This document shows, piece after piece, positions 38,350 through 50,146 of a stretch of DNA of 64,000 nt (within the stretch, counting starts at the first letter, position 1; every line of letters begins with the position of its first letter). Position numbers and translations under genes: made by a program. Below the pieces are notes generated by a model that was not told where the DNA came from, did no database searches, and worked only from the letters and a program-made list of their open reading frames with translations. Location of the stretch: positions 1 to 64,000 of the forward strand of contig JASLXV010000038.1 in assembly GCA_030740155.1 (NCBI GenBank), in the 5' to 3' direction. The stretch comes from Dehalococcoidia bacterium (GTDB lineage: Bacteria > Chloroflexota > Dehalococcoidia > Lucifugimonadales > UBA3495).

Positions 38350-39717
38350 TCAAGTGGAGGAGGATGGGGCGCGGCTCAGCAGCCCCGCCAGTTCCAAAAC
38401 ATCCTGGCCGATGGCGTCGTCCAGGTCTTCCACGCTGTCTATCATCTCCTCGATCCCGTCTTCGCTGAGGACCCGCGCGGCGCACTGGCGCACCTTGGCC
38501 AGCCGTTCCTCCCGGCTGAGCGGGTTACCCCAGATTCCCCGGGGCCGGTCACACCTCACGGAGTACTCGGCGCCGTCTTCGGTCACGACCGTGACGATAA
38601 TCCACATCTGGTCGAAATCCGTCGGGATGTTTGGGTCCATCGTAAGACGGGTTTTGGCGAGCAAAGATTGCGGCCCGGGCCGGTGCAGCATTCGCTCGGT
38701 GAAAGTATCCATGGTAATCTGGCCGTCCCATAGAGCCGACGCCACCGTGTATTGGAAGCTGAACTTCCCGTCCAGCCCGGTGCTGGGCGATGGACGGTCG
38801 ACGTACTGCATCACCGGGGTCTCGATATGCACCGACCGAATCTTGGCCGGGTCGATGCCGTGGGTTTGGCGAAGCTCCAGGGCGGCGTCTATGCCCCGGT
38901 GGGTGCCGTACTGGCTGGGGTGCTTTTTGATGGCGATTCCGGGGTCCACCATGCGATAGGGGTTGCCGAAGTCTCGGGTCACCGCCGGCAAATCGAAGCC
39001 CTCTCCGAACAGCACGGCGACGTAGCCGTTGCGGTGCTCGAACACGTCCGGGTTGGCGGTGAACCCCTTGGCGGCCAACAAGGCCGCCTCCAGCCCCATC
39101 CTGCCGGCGTTGCCGCAGTGGGTGGACTTGGTCATGGTGCCGGTGTTGGCGGATACGGTCCCGGCCCGGGAGGCGGCGAGACCGAGGGCCATGCGGGTCT
39201 GTTCCGGGGTTAGACGCAACATGACCGCCCCGGCGGCGGCGCTGCCCATCACCCCCACCAGTCCCGGCGGATGGAATCCCCGGGGCTCGACACCGGCGGA
39301 CGCTACCCGGATGCGCCCTTGCACCTCGAATCCCGTTACCAGGGCCGTGATGATATCCCGGCCGGATGCCTGGTGTTTCTCGGCCAGGGCCAGGATGCCG
39401 GGAAGGGTGGGGGAAGTGGCATGGGTCGGCGGGTACCACATGACCTCGTAGTCCAATACGTGCCCCGCCACGCCGTTGGCGAAAGCCGCCATCACCGGCG
39501 AGGTTTTGAGGCCTTGGCCGAAGACCGTGCAGTGGGGAGCCCCGCCCATCTCCCGGGTGTATTCAGCCACTATCCGGGCCGCCGGCTCGGTAGAGCCGGC
39601 CAGGGTCACCGCCAGGCCGTCCAGGATAACGACCTTGGCGGCTTCCACGGCCTCCGGGGGAAGTGAACTGAACTCCGCCACGGAGATCAGGTGCGCCAGC
39701 TCTTCGGTAATTGACAT
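38350..39717 (-). CDS. MmgE/PrpD family protein
   Basis: AAFANGVAGHVLDYE, GTMTKSTHCGNA..GLEAALLA..GFTA, KKHPS, GKFSFQY. Confidence 0.9.
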   Translation of the reverse strand: MSITEELAHLISVAEFSSLPPEAVEAAKVVILDGLAVTLAGSTEPAARIVAEYTREMGGAPHCTVFGQGLKTSPVMAAFANGVAGHVLDYEVMWYPPTHATSPTLPGILALAEKHQASGRDIITALVTGFEVQGRIRVASAGVEPRGFHPPGLVGVMGSAAAGAVMLRLTPEQTRMALGLAASRAGTVSANTGTMTKSTHCGNAGRMGLEAALLAAKGFTANPDVFEHRNGYVAVLFGEGFDLPAVTRDFGNPYRMVDPGIAIKKHPSQYGTHRGIDAALELRQTHGIDPAKIRSVHIETPVMQYVDRPSPSTGLDGKFSFQYTVASALWDGQITMDTFTERMLHRPGPQSLLAKTRLTMDPNIPTDFDQMWIIVTVVTEDGAEYSVRCDRPRGIWGNPLSREERLAKVRQCAARVLSEDGIEEMIDSVEDLDDAIGQDVLELAGLLSRAPSSST

Positions 39718-39777
39718 AACACCTCCCAAAGTCTGCACCTCAAGCTCTGGTTTTTTCTGAAAGGTTCCCCAGCGTCC

Positions 39778-41163
39778 CTACCTCGCCAGCGGGTGGGCGG
39801 CAATAATCTCCTCCCGCACCCGGGCGGCGAGCTGCTCCAGCCGAGGACTGATGGACACCGGGTAACGGGGCGGCTCGACAAGCTCTTTGAACCGATCGCC
39901 AAGGCCGCGAAAGTCTTTGGAGAACCGCTCCCGAATCTCCGCCAACGCCGGGTCGGGGCCGGTGCGGCGGCCCTCTGCCATTACTTGGGTCAGCAGAGGG
40001 GTCCCGCCGGGGATACTCTCGTCGTGCAACCCGATGATGTCCCGATCGAGCTGCCCGGCGCCATCCCGGAACCGGAAGACCTGTTTGGCGCCGGGCAACG
40101 AGACCTTGTCCGTGCTGAGCTTCATCACCGGCCGCTGGTCGTAGGACACCAGTTTGTAGGCTATGTCCGTCCAGGGGGCATCCGCCGAAACCCCCGCCTT
40201 GGTACCCACCCCGAACGTGTCGATCGGCGCCCCGGCCCGCACCAGAGCGTCCAGCTCATATTCGTCCAGGCCCCCGCTGGCCAGGATTCTGACGTAGTCC
40301 AGCCCGGCGTCGTCCAGAATCCGCCGCACGCTCCGGCTCAGCGAGTCGAAGTCCCCCGAGTCCAACCGGACCGCCAGAAGCCGGTGGCCCGCCGCCTCCA
40401 TTTCCTTGGCCACCTCCACAGCTCTGTGTGCCCCCTCGATAGTGTCGTAGGTATCCAGCAAGAAAATGCTGCGGTCGGGGAATGTGGAGGCATAAGCGCG
40501 GAATGCGTCGGTCTCCAAAGTGAAGCAGGATATGAAGGAGTGAGCCATGGTCCCGGCCGGGGGTATGCCGTACCGTTGGGCCGCCAGGACATTGCTGGTG
40601 GATTGGAACCCTGCGATGTAGCTAGAGCGCGCCATCTTCATGGCCGCGTCCGTTCCTTGCGTGCGGCGGGTGGCGAAATCGCTCAGAATGCGGCCCTGGG
40701 CCGCCCAGACGCATCGGGAGGCCTTGGTTGCCAGCAGCGTTTGAAGGTTGATCTGGTTGAGGATGAAAGTCTCGGCCAGTTGGGCTTCTATTATAGGCGC
40801 TGTCACTTCGATGGGCGGCTCGTCGGTGAAAAAGAGCCGGCCTTCGGGGATGGCCCGGACGCTGCCGGTGAAGCGGAGGCCGCCGAGATAATCCAGGAAC
40901 TCTTCCGTGAAGATGCCTGTCGAGCGAAGGTAGTCCAGGCCGGCGCCGCTGAAATGTAGGCCGGACAGGTAGTCCAGCACGTCTTGCAGGCCCGCGGCAA
41001 CGAAATAGGCCCGGCGGTGAGGGTATCTGCGGATGGACAAGCTGAAGGTGGCCGGGGCGAACATGCCCTGGCTGAAGTAGGCCTGGGCCATGGTCAGCTC
41101 ATACAGGTCGGTAAACAGGCCCAATTCTTGCCCCGGGAGAGAGGGTTCGGAGATATCCATCAC
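39778..41163 (-). CDS. pncB: Nicotinate phosphoribosyltransferase
   Basis: LFTDLYELTMAQAY, DF.TRR.QG, TSNV, GTMAHSF, LLDTYD, VRLDSGD, ASGGLDE. Confidence 0.93.
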   Translation of the reverse strand: MMDISEPSLPGQELGLFTDLYELTMAQAYFSQGMFAPATFSLSIRRYPHRRAYFVAAGLQDVLDYLSGLHFSGAGLDYLRSTGIFTEEFLDYLGGLRFTGSVRAIPEGRLFFTDEPPIEVTAPIIEAQLAETFILNQINLQTLLATKASRCVWAAQGRILSDFATRRTQGTDAAMKMARSSYIAGFQSTSNVLAAQRYGIPPAGTMAHSFISCFTLETDAFRAYASTFPDRSIFLLDTYDTIEGAHRAVEVAKEMEAAGHRLLAVRLDSGDFDSLSRSVRRILDDAGLDYVRILASGGLDEYELDALVRAGAPIDTFGVGTKAGVSADAPWTDIAYKLVSYDQRPVMKLSTDKVSLPGAKQVFRFRDGAGQLDRDIIGLHDESIPGGTPLLTQVMAEGRRTGPDPALAEIRERFSKDFRGLGDRFKELVEPPRYPVSISPRLEQLAARVREEIIAAHPLAR

Positions 41164-41395
41164 CCGCTAACCAGCAGCCCGGCCGTAATGCCGAATACCA
41201 CTGAACAGGGCATGGAATATGCTAACTCTGAACTTCTCATTGCGGGTCGTATGCGGGGGCAGTTCAACGGTCCTTGCGGCAGGCAAGGCCTATTATGTTG
41301 TGACCCGCGAAGCCCTGTCAACCGGAGGCAGGCGGCTCAAGCCCTTGGCTAATGCCATCGCCCCTCCCACGGGCTCGTGGCGCAACCGCAAATCC

Positions 41396-41424
41396 TTGAC
41401 ATGATAGCCCGCCCTTAGTACCAT
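41396..41424 (+). promoter_or_regulatory. Sigma70-type promoter of the mtnA operon
   Basis: TTGACA-N17-TACCAT upstream of the riboswitch. Confidence 0.6.
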
Positions 41425-41457
41425 AATTCCTGTTAACAATCGAATAGCGCAATAAAA

Positions 41458-41595
41458 CCCTTTATCCAGAACGGCAGAGGGGACGGCCCGAAGAAGCCTG
41501 GCAACCGGTCCTTGCCCGAGACACGATCCCGGGCAAGATACGGTGCTAATTCCGGCGTCCTTCCAGCGAGTGCTGGAAGGACGAGAGATGAGGGG
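41458..41595 (+). ncRNA. SAM-I riboswitch (S-box)
   Basis: P1 CCCTTTATC/GATGAGGGG, core ATCCAGA..GGCAGAGGGGACGGCCCGAAGAAGCC.GGCAACC, GGTGCTAATTCC, and P4 CGTCCTTCCAGC/GCTGGAAGGACG. It lies upstream of SAM-cycle genes. Confidence 0.93.
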
Positions 41596-41611
41596 GCTTG
41601 GGATAAACTTG

Positions 41612-41639
41612 AGCTTCTCTCCTATGAGAAGCTTTTTTT
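41612..41639 (+). terminator. Intrinsic terminator (riboswitch expression platform)
   Basis: AGCTTCTC-TCCTAT-GAGAAGCT followed by a T-run. Confidence 0.85.
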
Positions 41640-41677
41640 GGTGGGCGGAACTGGCCGGCCTGGGGGAGAGACCGTTG

Positions 41678-42718
41678 ATGGAAATCAGGCCGGTCCAGTG
41701 GATCGGCGGTAACCTGGCCCTCTTGGACCAGACAAGACTCCCATTGGAACGGATCACCCTGGAGGTGCGCCGTTACCAGGAGGCTGTCGAAGCCATCCGG
41801 CAGATGCAGGTGCGCGGCGCGCCGGCCATCGGAGTGACGGCGGCTTATGCCGTCGCCTTGGCAGCTCGCCAGATCGCCGCCGCCGGGGAGCAAGACTTCC
41901 TGGAGAAACTCCGGGAGGCGGCCGACGAAATCATTTCCGCTCGCCCCACCGCCGTCAACCTGCAATGGGCGGTCCACCGGATGCTGCGGGTGGCCGAGTC
42001 CGAATCCGGCGATCCGAGTGCCCGCCTGCTGGCCGAAGCTCAGCGGATGCAGGAGGAGGACGAGGCCATCAACCGCCGGATGGGCTGCCACGGCAAAGAG
42101 TTGATCCCGGACGGGGGCTCCGTCCTGACCCACTGCAACGCCGGCGCTCTGGCTACCGCGGGGTTCGGCACCGCCCTTGGGGTGATCCGGGCCGGCTGGG
42201 AAGCGGGCAAGCGGTTTCAGGTGTTCAACACCGAGACCCGTCCCTTTCTCCAGGGGGCACGGCTGACGGCCTGGGAGTTCCAGCAGCTGGGAATTCCGGC
42301 GACCCTGATCGTGGACTCGGCCGCCGGAATGCTGATGAATCAAGGCCGGATCGGCTGCGTTATCACCGGCGCCGACCGGATCGCCGCCAATGGGGACACG
42401 GCCAACAAGATCGGCACCTACTCCCTGGCCGTGTTGGCCAAGGAGAACGGCATCCCGTTCTACGTTGCGGCCCCAACGAGCACCGTCGACCTGAGCCTCG
42501 CAACCGGCAAGGAGATTCAGATCGAGGAGCGGCCCAGCGAGGAGGTCACTCACGTGCAGGGCGTGGCTACCACTCCTCCGGGGGTCGCGGTCATCAACCC
42601 GGCTTTCGACGTAACGCCCCACGGCTACGTGAGCGCGATAATCACCGAGTTTGGTGTGGCCCGGCCCCCCTTCCTGGAGAGCCTTTTGGAGGCGGCGGGC
42701 GGTGGTCATGCGGGGTAA
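41678..42718 (+). CDS. mtnA: S-methyl-5-thioribose-1-phosphate isomerase
   Basis: [71 protein letters not shown]. Confidence 0.95.
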   Translation: MEIRPVQWIGGNLALLDQTRLPLERITLEVRRYQEAVEAIRQMQVRGAPAIGVTAAYAVALAARQIAAAGEQDFLEKLREAADEIISARPTAVNLQWAVHRMLRVAESESGDPSARLLAEAQRMQEEDEAINRRMGCHGKELIPDGGSVLTHCNAGALATAGFGTALGVIRAGWEAGKRFQVFNTETRPFLQGARLTAWEFQQLGIPATLIVDSAAGMLMNQGRIGCVITGADRIAANGDTANKIGTYSLAVLAKENGIPFYVAAPTSTVDLSLATGKEIQIEERPSEEVTHVQGVATTPPGVAVINPAFDVTPHGYVSAIITEFGVARPPFLESLLEAAGGGHAG

Positions 42719-42755
42719 CCCGCGCCGGCCCAGCGCACCGACCGAGTAATATGTA

Positions 42756-43625
42756 ATGACCAAGAAAGAAGCAAGTATAGGCGTCATCGGCGGCAGCGGC
42801 CTCTACCAGATGGAGGGGCTGACCGGTGTCGTGTCTGTCGAACTGGACACGCCCTTCGGGAAGCCCAGCGATGCCATCGTCTTGGGATCGCTGGAGGGAG
42901 TGCCGGTGGCGTTTCTCCCCCGGCACGCCCGTGGACACCGGTTGAACCCTACCCAGATACCGGTGCGGGCCAACATCTACGCCCTGAAGAGCCTGGGTGT
43001 GGAGCGGATCATCTCGGTCAGCGCGGTGGGCAGCCTCAAGGAAGAGTTTGCTCCCCTGGACCTGGTGGTGCCCGATCAGTTGATCGACCGCACCCGGCTG
43101 CGGGAAAGCACTTTTTTCGACCAGGGAATAGTGGTCCACATCTCCGTTGCCGAGCCGTATTGCTCCGCCACCAGGCAGGTGATACACGACAGCGCCCAGG
43201 AGATGGGGATCCAAGCCCACTCCGGCGGGACCATGGTGGTGATGGAAGGCCCCGCGTTCTCCACCAAAGCCGAGTCTTTCATGTATCGATCCTGGGGCGC
43301 CGGCCTTATCGGGATGACGGCGCTCCCCGAGGCCAAGCTGGCCCGGGAGGCGGAGATTTGCTACGCCACCATGGCCTGGGTCACCGATTACGACTGCTGG
43401 CGGGAGAGCGAGGAAGCGGTCACGGCGGAGATGATCATAGAGACCCTGTTACAGAACGTGGCCACCTCGAAGGATCTGCTGCGTAAGGTCGTGCCGGTCC
43501 TAGCCGGTGAGCGGGACTGCCCCTGTGTGTCGGCGTTGAGTACCGCCATCATCACCCCCCCGGATAGTGTCCCGGAGGAGATCAAACGGAAGCTGGCCCC
43601 CATCGTGGGCAAGTATATGAGCTGA
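42756..43625 (+). CDS. mtnP: S-methyl-5'-thioadenosine phosphorylase
   Basis: IGGSGLY, TPFGKPSD, FLPRH, SAVGSL, MEGPAFSTKAES, IGMT..PEAKLAREAEICY, TDYDCW. Confidence 0.95.
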   Translation: MTKKEASIGVIGGSGLYQMEGLTGVVSVELDTPFGKPSDAIVLGSLEGVPVAFLPRHARGHRLNPTQIPVRANIYALKSLGVERIISVSAVGSLKEEFAPLDLVVPDQLIDRTRLRESTFFDQGIVVHISVAEPYCSATRQVIHDSAQEMGIQAHSGGTMVVMEGPAFSTKAESFMYRSWGAGLIGMTALPEAKLAREAEICYATMAWVTDYDCWRESEEAVTAEMIIETLLQNVATSKDLLRKVVPVLAGERDCPCVSALSTAIITPPDSVPEEIKRKLAPIVGKYMS

Positions 43626-43645
43626 AGGTCCCAGAAGGAGAGGGA

Positions 43646-45336
<1,691 letters not shown>

Positions 45337-45363
45337 GTCCCAGTTCAACCAGGAGAAAAATGC

Positions 45364-46590
45364 ATGGCTTTACTGTTCAATGAATCCCCCAAGTATTTGC
45401 TGACCTCGGAGTCGGTCACCGAGGGTCATCCGGATAAGCTTTGCGACCAGATTTCCGACGGTGTGCTGGATGCGGTGCTGCGCACCGACCCGATGGGGAG
45501 GGTGGCCTGCGAGACCTGTGTCACCAACGGGCTTGTGGTGGTCATGGGTGAGATAACCACCTCGTCCTACGTGGACGTCCCGGAAATCGTCCGGGCAACC
45601 CTGCGCAACGCGGGGTATGTCAACGCCGACTACGGTATCGACTCCAAGAGCTGCGGGGTGTCCGTTTCCATCCAGGAGCAGTCCAAGGACATCAGCGCCG
45701 GGGTGAGCCGCGCCATCGAAGTTAGGGACCAAAGCCAGGACGGCCGCGAACAGGATTTGGACGCCACCGGCGCCGGTGACCAGGGAATGATGGTGGGGTT
45801 TGCCTGTAACGAGACGCCCGAGTTGATGCCCTTGACCGTGAGCCTGTCCCACAAGCTGGTCCATCGGCTGAGCAAGGTCCGCAAGGATGGGGTCCTGGGT
45901 TACCTGCGGCCCGACGGCAAGTCCCAGGTGACAGTGGAGTATCGCTTTGGCCTCCCGCACCGGGTTGACACGGTGGTAATTGCCGCCCAGCATGGCCCGG
46001 AGATCGGCAACGATCAACTGAAGAAAGACATCACCGAGCAGGTGATCCGCAAGGTGATACCGGCCGAATTGTTAGATGGCGACACCAAGATACACGTCAA
46101 CCCCAGTGGCCGGTTCGAGATCGGCGGCCCCGCCGGGGACACCGGGCTTACCGGCCGTAAGATTCTGGTGGATACCTACGGTGGCATCGCCCGCCATGGT
46201 GGCGGCGCCTTCTCGGGCAAAGACCCCACCAAGGTCGACCGCTCCGGCGCCTACGCTGCCCGTTACGTGGCCAAGAACCTGGTGGCCGCCGGGCTGGCCG
46301 ACCGAGCCGAGGTGATTGTGTCCTATGCCATTGGCATGGCTCACCCCATCTCGGTCTCGGTGGAGACGTTCGATACCAGCCACGTCGACAGAGAGACCAT
46401 CGACAAGCTGGTGGATAAGCACTTCGACCTGCGTCCCGCCGCCATCATTCGAGACCTGGACCTCCGCCGCCCCATCTACCAGCCGGTGGCCGCCTACGGC
46501 CACTTCGGCCGGGAAGAGCTGGGACTCAGTTGGGAGCGCACCGATAAAGCCGCCGCCCTCCGGGCGGATGCGGGATTGCCGGCCCGCTAG
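45364..46590 (+). CDS. metK: Methionine adenosyltransferase
   Basis: [52 protein letters not shown]. Confidence 0.97.
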   Translation: MALLFNESPKYLLTSESVTEGHPDKLCDQISDGVLDAVLRTDPMGRVACETCVTNGLVVVMGEITTSSYVDVPEIVRATLRNAGYVNADYGIDSKSCGVSVSIQEQSKDISAGVSRAIEVRDQSQDGREQDLDATGAGDQGMMVGFACNETPELMPLTVSLSHKLVHRLSKVRKDGVLGYLRPDGKSQVTVEYRFGLPHRVDTVVIAAQHGPEIGNDQLKKDITEQVIRKVIPAELLDGDTKIHVNPSGRFEIGGPAGDTGLTGRKILVDTYGGIARHGGGAFSGKDPTKVDRSGAYAARYVAKNLVAAGLADRAEVIVSYAIGMAHPISVSVETFDTSHVDRETIDKLVDKHFDLRPAAIIRDLDLRRPIYQPVAAYGHFGREELGLSWERTDKAAALRADAGLPAR

Positions 46591-46664
46591 ACCCCTGGCC
46601 TGCCATCGTGGCGTGCGCACCCTGGGGCCGGTCAGCGGCCATGTGGTATTTCTTGCGCCGCCGG

Positions 46665-46865
46665 GGTGGGATAGCCCGGTGCGAACGCGGCAGAACTCGT
46701 ACCCGGTGGGTCTAGTCACGAGCGGATTCAACCCCGTTCGCCCTCCCCTGGTGAGTGCGGCCACGGTCACCGCGCCAAGAGCTTTTGGAATCCGAACCCG
46801 CTTGAGGCGGGCTTGGTCCCAGTGCCCGGATTAGCCAGGCCGGGCCACTCGCACCTTAGGGGCAG
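46665..46865 (+). other. Structured 5' leader, possible cis-regulatory RNA
   Basis: Several stems, and CCCCT-GGTG-AGTG...CACT-CG-CACC-TT-AGGGG would sequester the RBS of the next gene. Confidence 0.3.
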
Positions 46866-46870
46866 CCACG

Positions 46871-47290
46871 TTGACGGAAAATTCTTTCCCGGAAACCCAA
46901 CGTTTCCTTGCGGTCATGGAGCGGACCATGGAGTTGGTAGGCCAGGGCGTTCCCCGCGGCTCCCTCCGTGAAGTGGCCAAGGTGTTCCATACCCTGTGCT
47001 GGAGGTTTCCGGACAACGGCGTCGAAATGTACTTTCTGGTGGACGACGACGGCGGCGTGAGTTCCGCCACCGACTGGACCGGTTCGGTGGACGGCGTCAT
47101 CACCTTGGACGCGGCCGTGTTCCACGCCGCCGCTTTCGGCAAGGCAAATCTCGCCACCGCAATGCTGATGGGCAAGCTGCGGATCAGCGGCATATCCGTC
47201 TTGCATCTGGGCAAGTTCGCTCCGCTCCTCAAGCCCTTCCAGAGCAGCTACCGGCAGGCATGGACTGAAGTGAATGAACCCGCCGCCTGA
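46871..47290 (+). CDS. SCP2 sterol-binding domain protein
   Basis: GKANLATAMLMGKLRISG motif typical of SCP2-like domains. Confidence 0.75.
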   Translation: MTENSFPETQRFLAVMERTMELVGQGVPRGSLREVAKVFHTLCWRFPDNGVEMYFLVDDDGGVSSATDWTGSVDGVITLDAAVFHAAAFGKANLATAMLMGKLRISGISVLHLGKFAPLLKPFQSSYRQAWTEVNEPAA

Positions 47291-48302
47291 ACCGCGATTC
47301 GTTCAAGAGGCGGATGCGGACCTGGGAACATTGGAAGGCAGGCGCATCGCCACTGTGGGCTACGGCAACCTGGGCCGGTCTCTTTCCCTCAACCTGAGAG
47401 ACAGCGCCACGGCCCCCGTCGTCGTGGGGGAGATCCCGGGCCCTTCCTGGGACCGGGCCGCGGCCGACGGGTTCACCGTCACCCCGGCCTCAAACGCCGC
47501 CGCCGAGTCCGACATCGTTTTCGTGCTCCTGCCCGATGAGGTGGCGCCCAATGTTTACCAGCGGGAGTTGGCGCCGGCGATCCGTCCGGGGAGCGCCCTG
47601 GTGTTTGCGTCGGGATACAGCCTGGCCTTTGGTCAAATCCAGCCCGCCCGGGATCTGGACGTGCTTCTCATTGCCCCCCGCATGATGGGCGTCGCCGTTC
47701 GGGACCTGTACCGGAAGGGCCTGGGATTCCCGGCCTTCGTTTCCCTGGAGCAGGATGCCACCGGCCAGGGGTGGCCGGTTCTTTGCGCCCTGGCCAAGGC
47801 GGTCGGCTCCCTTCGGACCGGGGCCCTGGTGGTCAGCGCGGCCCAAGAAGCCCACCTTGACCTTTTCGTGGAGCAGACGGTGGGTCCGGACCTGGGCAGC
47901 GCCATTCTCACCGCTTTCCAGGTGGGCGTGGAGGCCGGCTTGCCGCCGGAGGCCTTGCTGCTGGAGCTGTACATGTCCGGAGAGATGGGAAAAACCTTTC
48001 AAGCTATGGCCGATCTGGGGTTCTTCGAGCAGGTGAAGCTTCACGGTTTCGCCGCCGCTTTCGGGGGGCTGGTCCGTTTTATGAGCCTGGACCGGGAGTC
48101 CCAGGAACGCGGATACCGGGAGGTGCTCCGAGACATTATGGACGGGGGCTTCGCCGAGGCGCTGCAAGCGGAGGCCGAATCCGGATTCCCTTCCCAGGGA
48201 TTGCTGGACCAGATGCTGGATGGTGACAACCCCATCAGCCAGGCCGAGAAGCGCGTTCACAGCATGATGCGGCTGAGTGGTAGACCCAAGGGTAGAAGTT
48301 AA
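47274..48302 (+). CDS. Ketol-acid reductoisomerase-like protein (divergent IlvC family)
   Basis: VGYGNLG....LNLRDS, LLPDE, FASGY, APRMMG..VR..Y..G.GFP, DLFVEQ. Confidence 0.85.
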   Translation: MNPPPEPRFVQEADADLGTLEGRRIATVGYGNLGRSLSLNLRDSATAPVVVGEIPGPSWDRAAADGFTVTPASNAAAESDIVFVLLPDEVAPNVYQRELAPAIRPGSALVFASGYSLAFGQIQPARDLDVLLIAPRMMGVAVRDLYRKGLGFPAFVSLEQDATGQGWPVLCALAKAVGSLRTGALVVSAAQEAHLDLFVEQTVGPDLGSAILTAFQVGVEAGLPPEALLLELYMSGEMGKTFQAMADLGFFEQVKLHGFAAAFGGLVRFMSLDRESQERGYREVLRDIMDGGFAEALQAEAESGFPSQGLLDQMLDGDNPISQAEKRVHSMMRLSGRPKGRS

Positions 48303-48333
48303 ACCCGTCGACCCCTTACCAACGCCTCTATGG

Positions 48334-48531
48334 GGCTCTGAGCTGGGTCCACGGGCGTGCTGGGACCGGCCCCGGTCACCGCTCCGCCCTGGGGAGACCC
48401 GCAGTGAGCCTGGACCCATCTCCCCAGACCCCTCGCTTCCCTCGGGGTGACATGCTCAGGGTACTGTGTCGACATAACCAGGATAATTCTTGAGGCAAGA
48501 CCTCACCGGCGTACCCGGAACACTCAGAGCC
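48334..48531. ncRNA. Candidate structured ncRNA of about 200 nt (6S-like size and closing stem)
   Basis: The ends pair (GGCTCTGAG/CTCAGAGCC, extended by GGGCGTGCTGG/CCGGCGTACCC). Internal stems are CTGGGGAGA/TCTCCCCAG and TGAGG-CAAGA-CCTCA. Confidence 0.4.
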
Positions 48532-48725
48532 AGGCACATTTCTAATCCTGCATCCCGGTGCTCTCCGGAGTCTCAGCGGCTTTGTCAGGAGATCGTAGCG
48601 GATGCCCGTCAACCGCAGGCGACTGGGCTTCCGCGGTACTCTATCCGTGAGAGGAAATGGTTGAGCAATCTCGGGTTGCTCTATAATCAACTTGCGGGAA
48701 CCAAGCGACCAGGGGGGAGGCTGCT

Positions 48726-50141
48726 ATGGTGAAGGACATCCGTTTCGGGACTGACGGCTGGCGGGCCATTATTGCCGAGGACTTCACGTTCGCGAACGTG
48801 GCCCGCTGCGCTCAGGGGCTGGCTGACTTTTTGAAGAGCCGCGGCACGGCGGAGCAGGGGCTGGTCGTCGGCTACGACACGCGCTTTCTGTCGCGTCAAT
48901 TCGCCGAGAAGGTGGCCGGCGTATGCGCCGGAAACGGCGTCAAGGTCTACCTGGCTCGAGAAGCGGCGCCGACCCCGGTAATCAGCTTCAACGTTCTGGA
49001 GCACAGGGCGGGCGGCGCGGCAATCCTCACCGCCAGCCACAACCCCGCCATCTGGAACGGCTTCAAGTTCAAACCCGAATACGCGGGCAGCGCGACCCAG
49101 GAGATAACCGACCGGCTCGAGGACGCCATCGCCGCCACGGGAGAGATCCAGGACGTTTCGCTGGAGCGGGCTCGGGGGCAAGGCCTGGTGGTCGACATCG
49201 ATCCGGCACCGCCCTACCTGGAGCGGATCGGCGAGCTGGTAGATTTGCGGGCTATAAGAAACGCGGGGCTGAGAGTCGCGGTGGACGCGATGTTCGGCTC
49301 CGGCGGCGGCTACCTGCCTGCCCTGATATCCGGGGGAAGTACGACTGTCGAGGAAATGAACGGGCTTCCAAACCCGGCCTTCCCGGGAATGGAGCAGCCG
49401 GAGCCAATCGCTCACAACTTGACCCGCCTTATCGAAAAGATCAAGGCCGGAGGCGTGTCCGTGGGACTGGCCCTGGACGGCGACGCCGACCGCATTGGTG
49501 TGGTGGACGAGGATGGGCGGTTCGTCACCACCCTGGAAGTGTTTTCCGTCCTCGCCCTGTACCTCCTGGAGCACAAGGCCCAGCGAGGCCCGCTGGTGAA
49601 AGGCGTCACCTCTTCGATGATGCTCAATAAACTGGGCCGCAAGTTCGGGGTGGACGTACATGAGATGCGGGTTGGCTTCAAGTACATCGGCCCCAAAATG
49701 ACCGAGGTCGATGCCGTGATGGGGGGAGAGGAGAGCGGCGGGTTTGCCTTCCGGGGACATATCCCCGAGCGGGACGGCGTCCTCAGCGGCTTGTATCTGC
49801 TGGAGTACATGGCCCAGACCGGCAAGACCCCGGCCGAGCTGGTGAACCACTTGTTTGACCAGGTCGGCATCCATAGCTACAGCCGGAGGGACGTGTCGTT
49901 TGATCCCAAGGACCGGGGGCGGATTGAGGAACGTCTGCGGAGCGAGGAGCTGTCCGAGCTGGCGGGGATGCCGGTGAGGTCATCCGACGAGATCGATGGG
50001 CGCCGTCTGGTCTTCGATGACGCCTGGCTGGTATCCCGGTTTTCGGGCACCGAGCCGTTGCTGCGGATCTACGCCGAAGCCGCCGGCCCAGACAAGGTGG
50101 AGGCCTTGCTGAACGCGGCGGCTGAATACCTGGGGGTGTAA
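48726..50141 (+). CDS. Phosphoglucomutase/phosphomannomutase family protein
   Basis: FGTDGWR, TASHNP, DGDADR, GGEESGG, SGTEPLLRIYAE. Confidence 0.95.
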   Translation: MVKDIRFGTDGWRAIIAEDFTFANVARCAQGLADFLKSRGTAEQGLVVGYDTRFLSRQFAEKVAGVCAGNGVKVYLAREAAPTPVISFNVLEHRAGGAAILTASHNPAIWNGFKFKPEYAGSATQEITDRLEDAIAATGEIQDVSLERARGQGLVVDIDPAPPYLERIGELVDLRAIRNAGLRVAVDAMFGSGGGYLPALISGGSTTVEEMNGLPNPAFPGMEQPEPIAHNLTRLIEKIKAGGVSVGLALDGDADRIGVVDEDGRFVTTLEVFSVLALYLLEHKAQRGPLVKGVTSSMMLNKLGRKFGVDVHEMRVGFKYIGPKMTEVDAVMGGEESGGFAFRGHIPERDGVLSGLYLLEYMAQTGKTPAELVNHLFDQVGIHSYSRRDVSFDPKDRGRIEERLRSEELSELAGMPVRSSDEIDGRRLVFDDAWLVSRFSGTEPLLRIYAEAAGPDKVEALLNAAAEYLGV

Positions 50142-50146
50142 GCGGC

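Noticed and set aside
46670..46750. tRNA or tRNA-Sec (GGATTCAACCCC resembles a T-arm)
   Set aside because: I could not build a cloverleaf, and there is no UCA anticodon arm or CCA end.
46665..48531. SRP RNA, RNase P RNA or tmRNA identity for the two structured spacers
   Set aside because: Hallmark motifs were not found on either strand (SRP CAGG...GGAAG.AGCAG, RNase P GAGGAAAGUCC, tmRNA tRNA-like ends).
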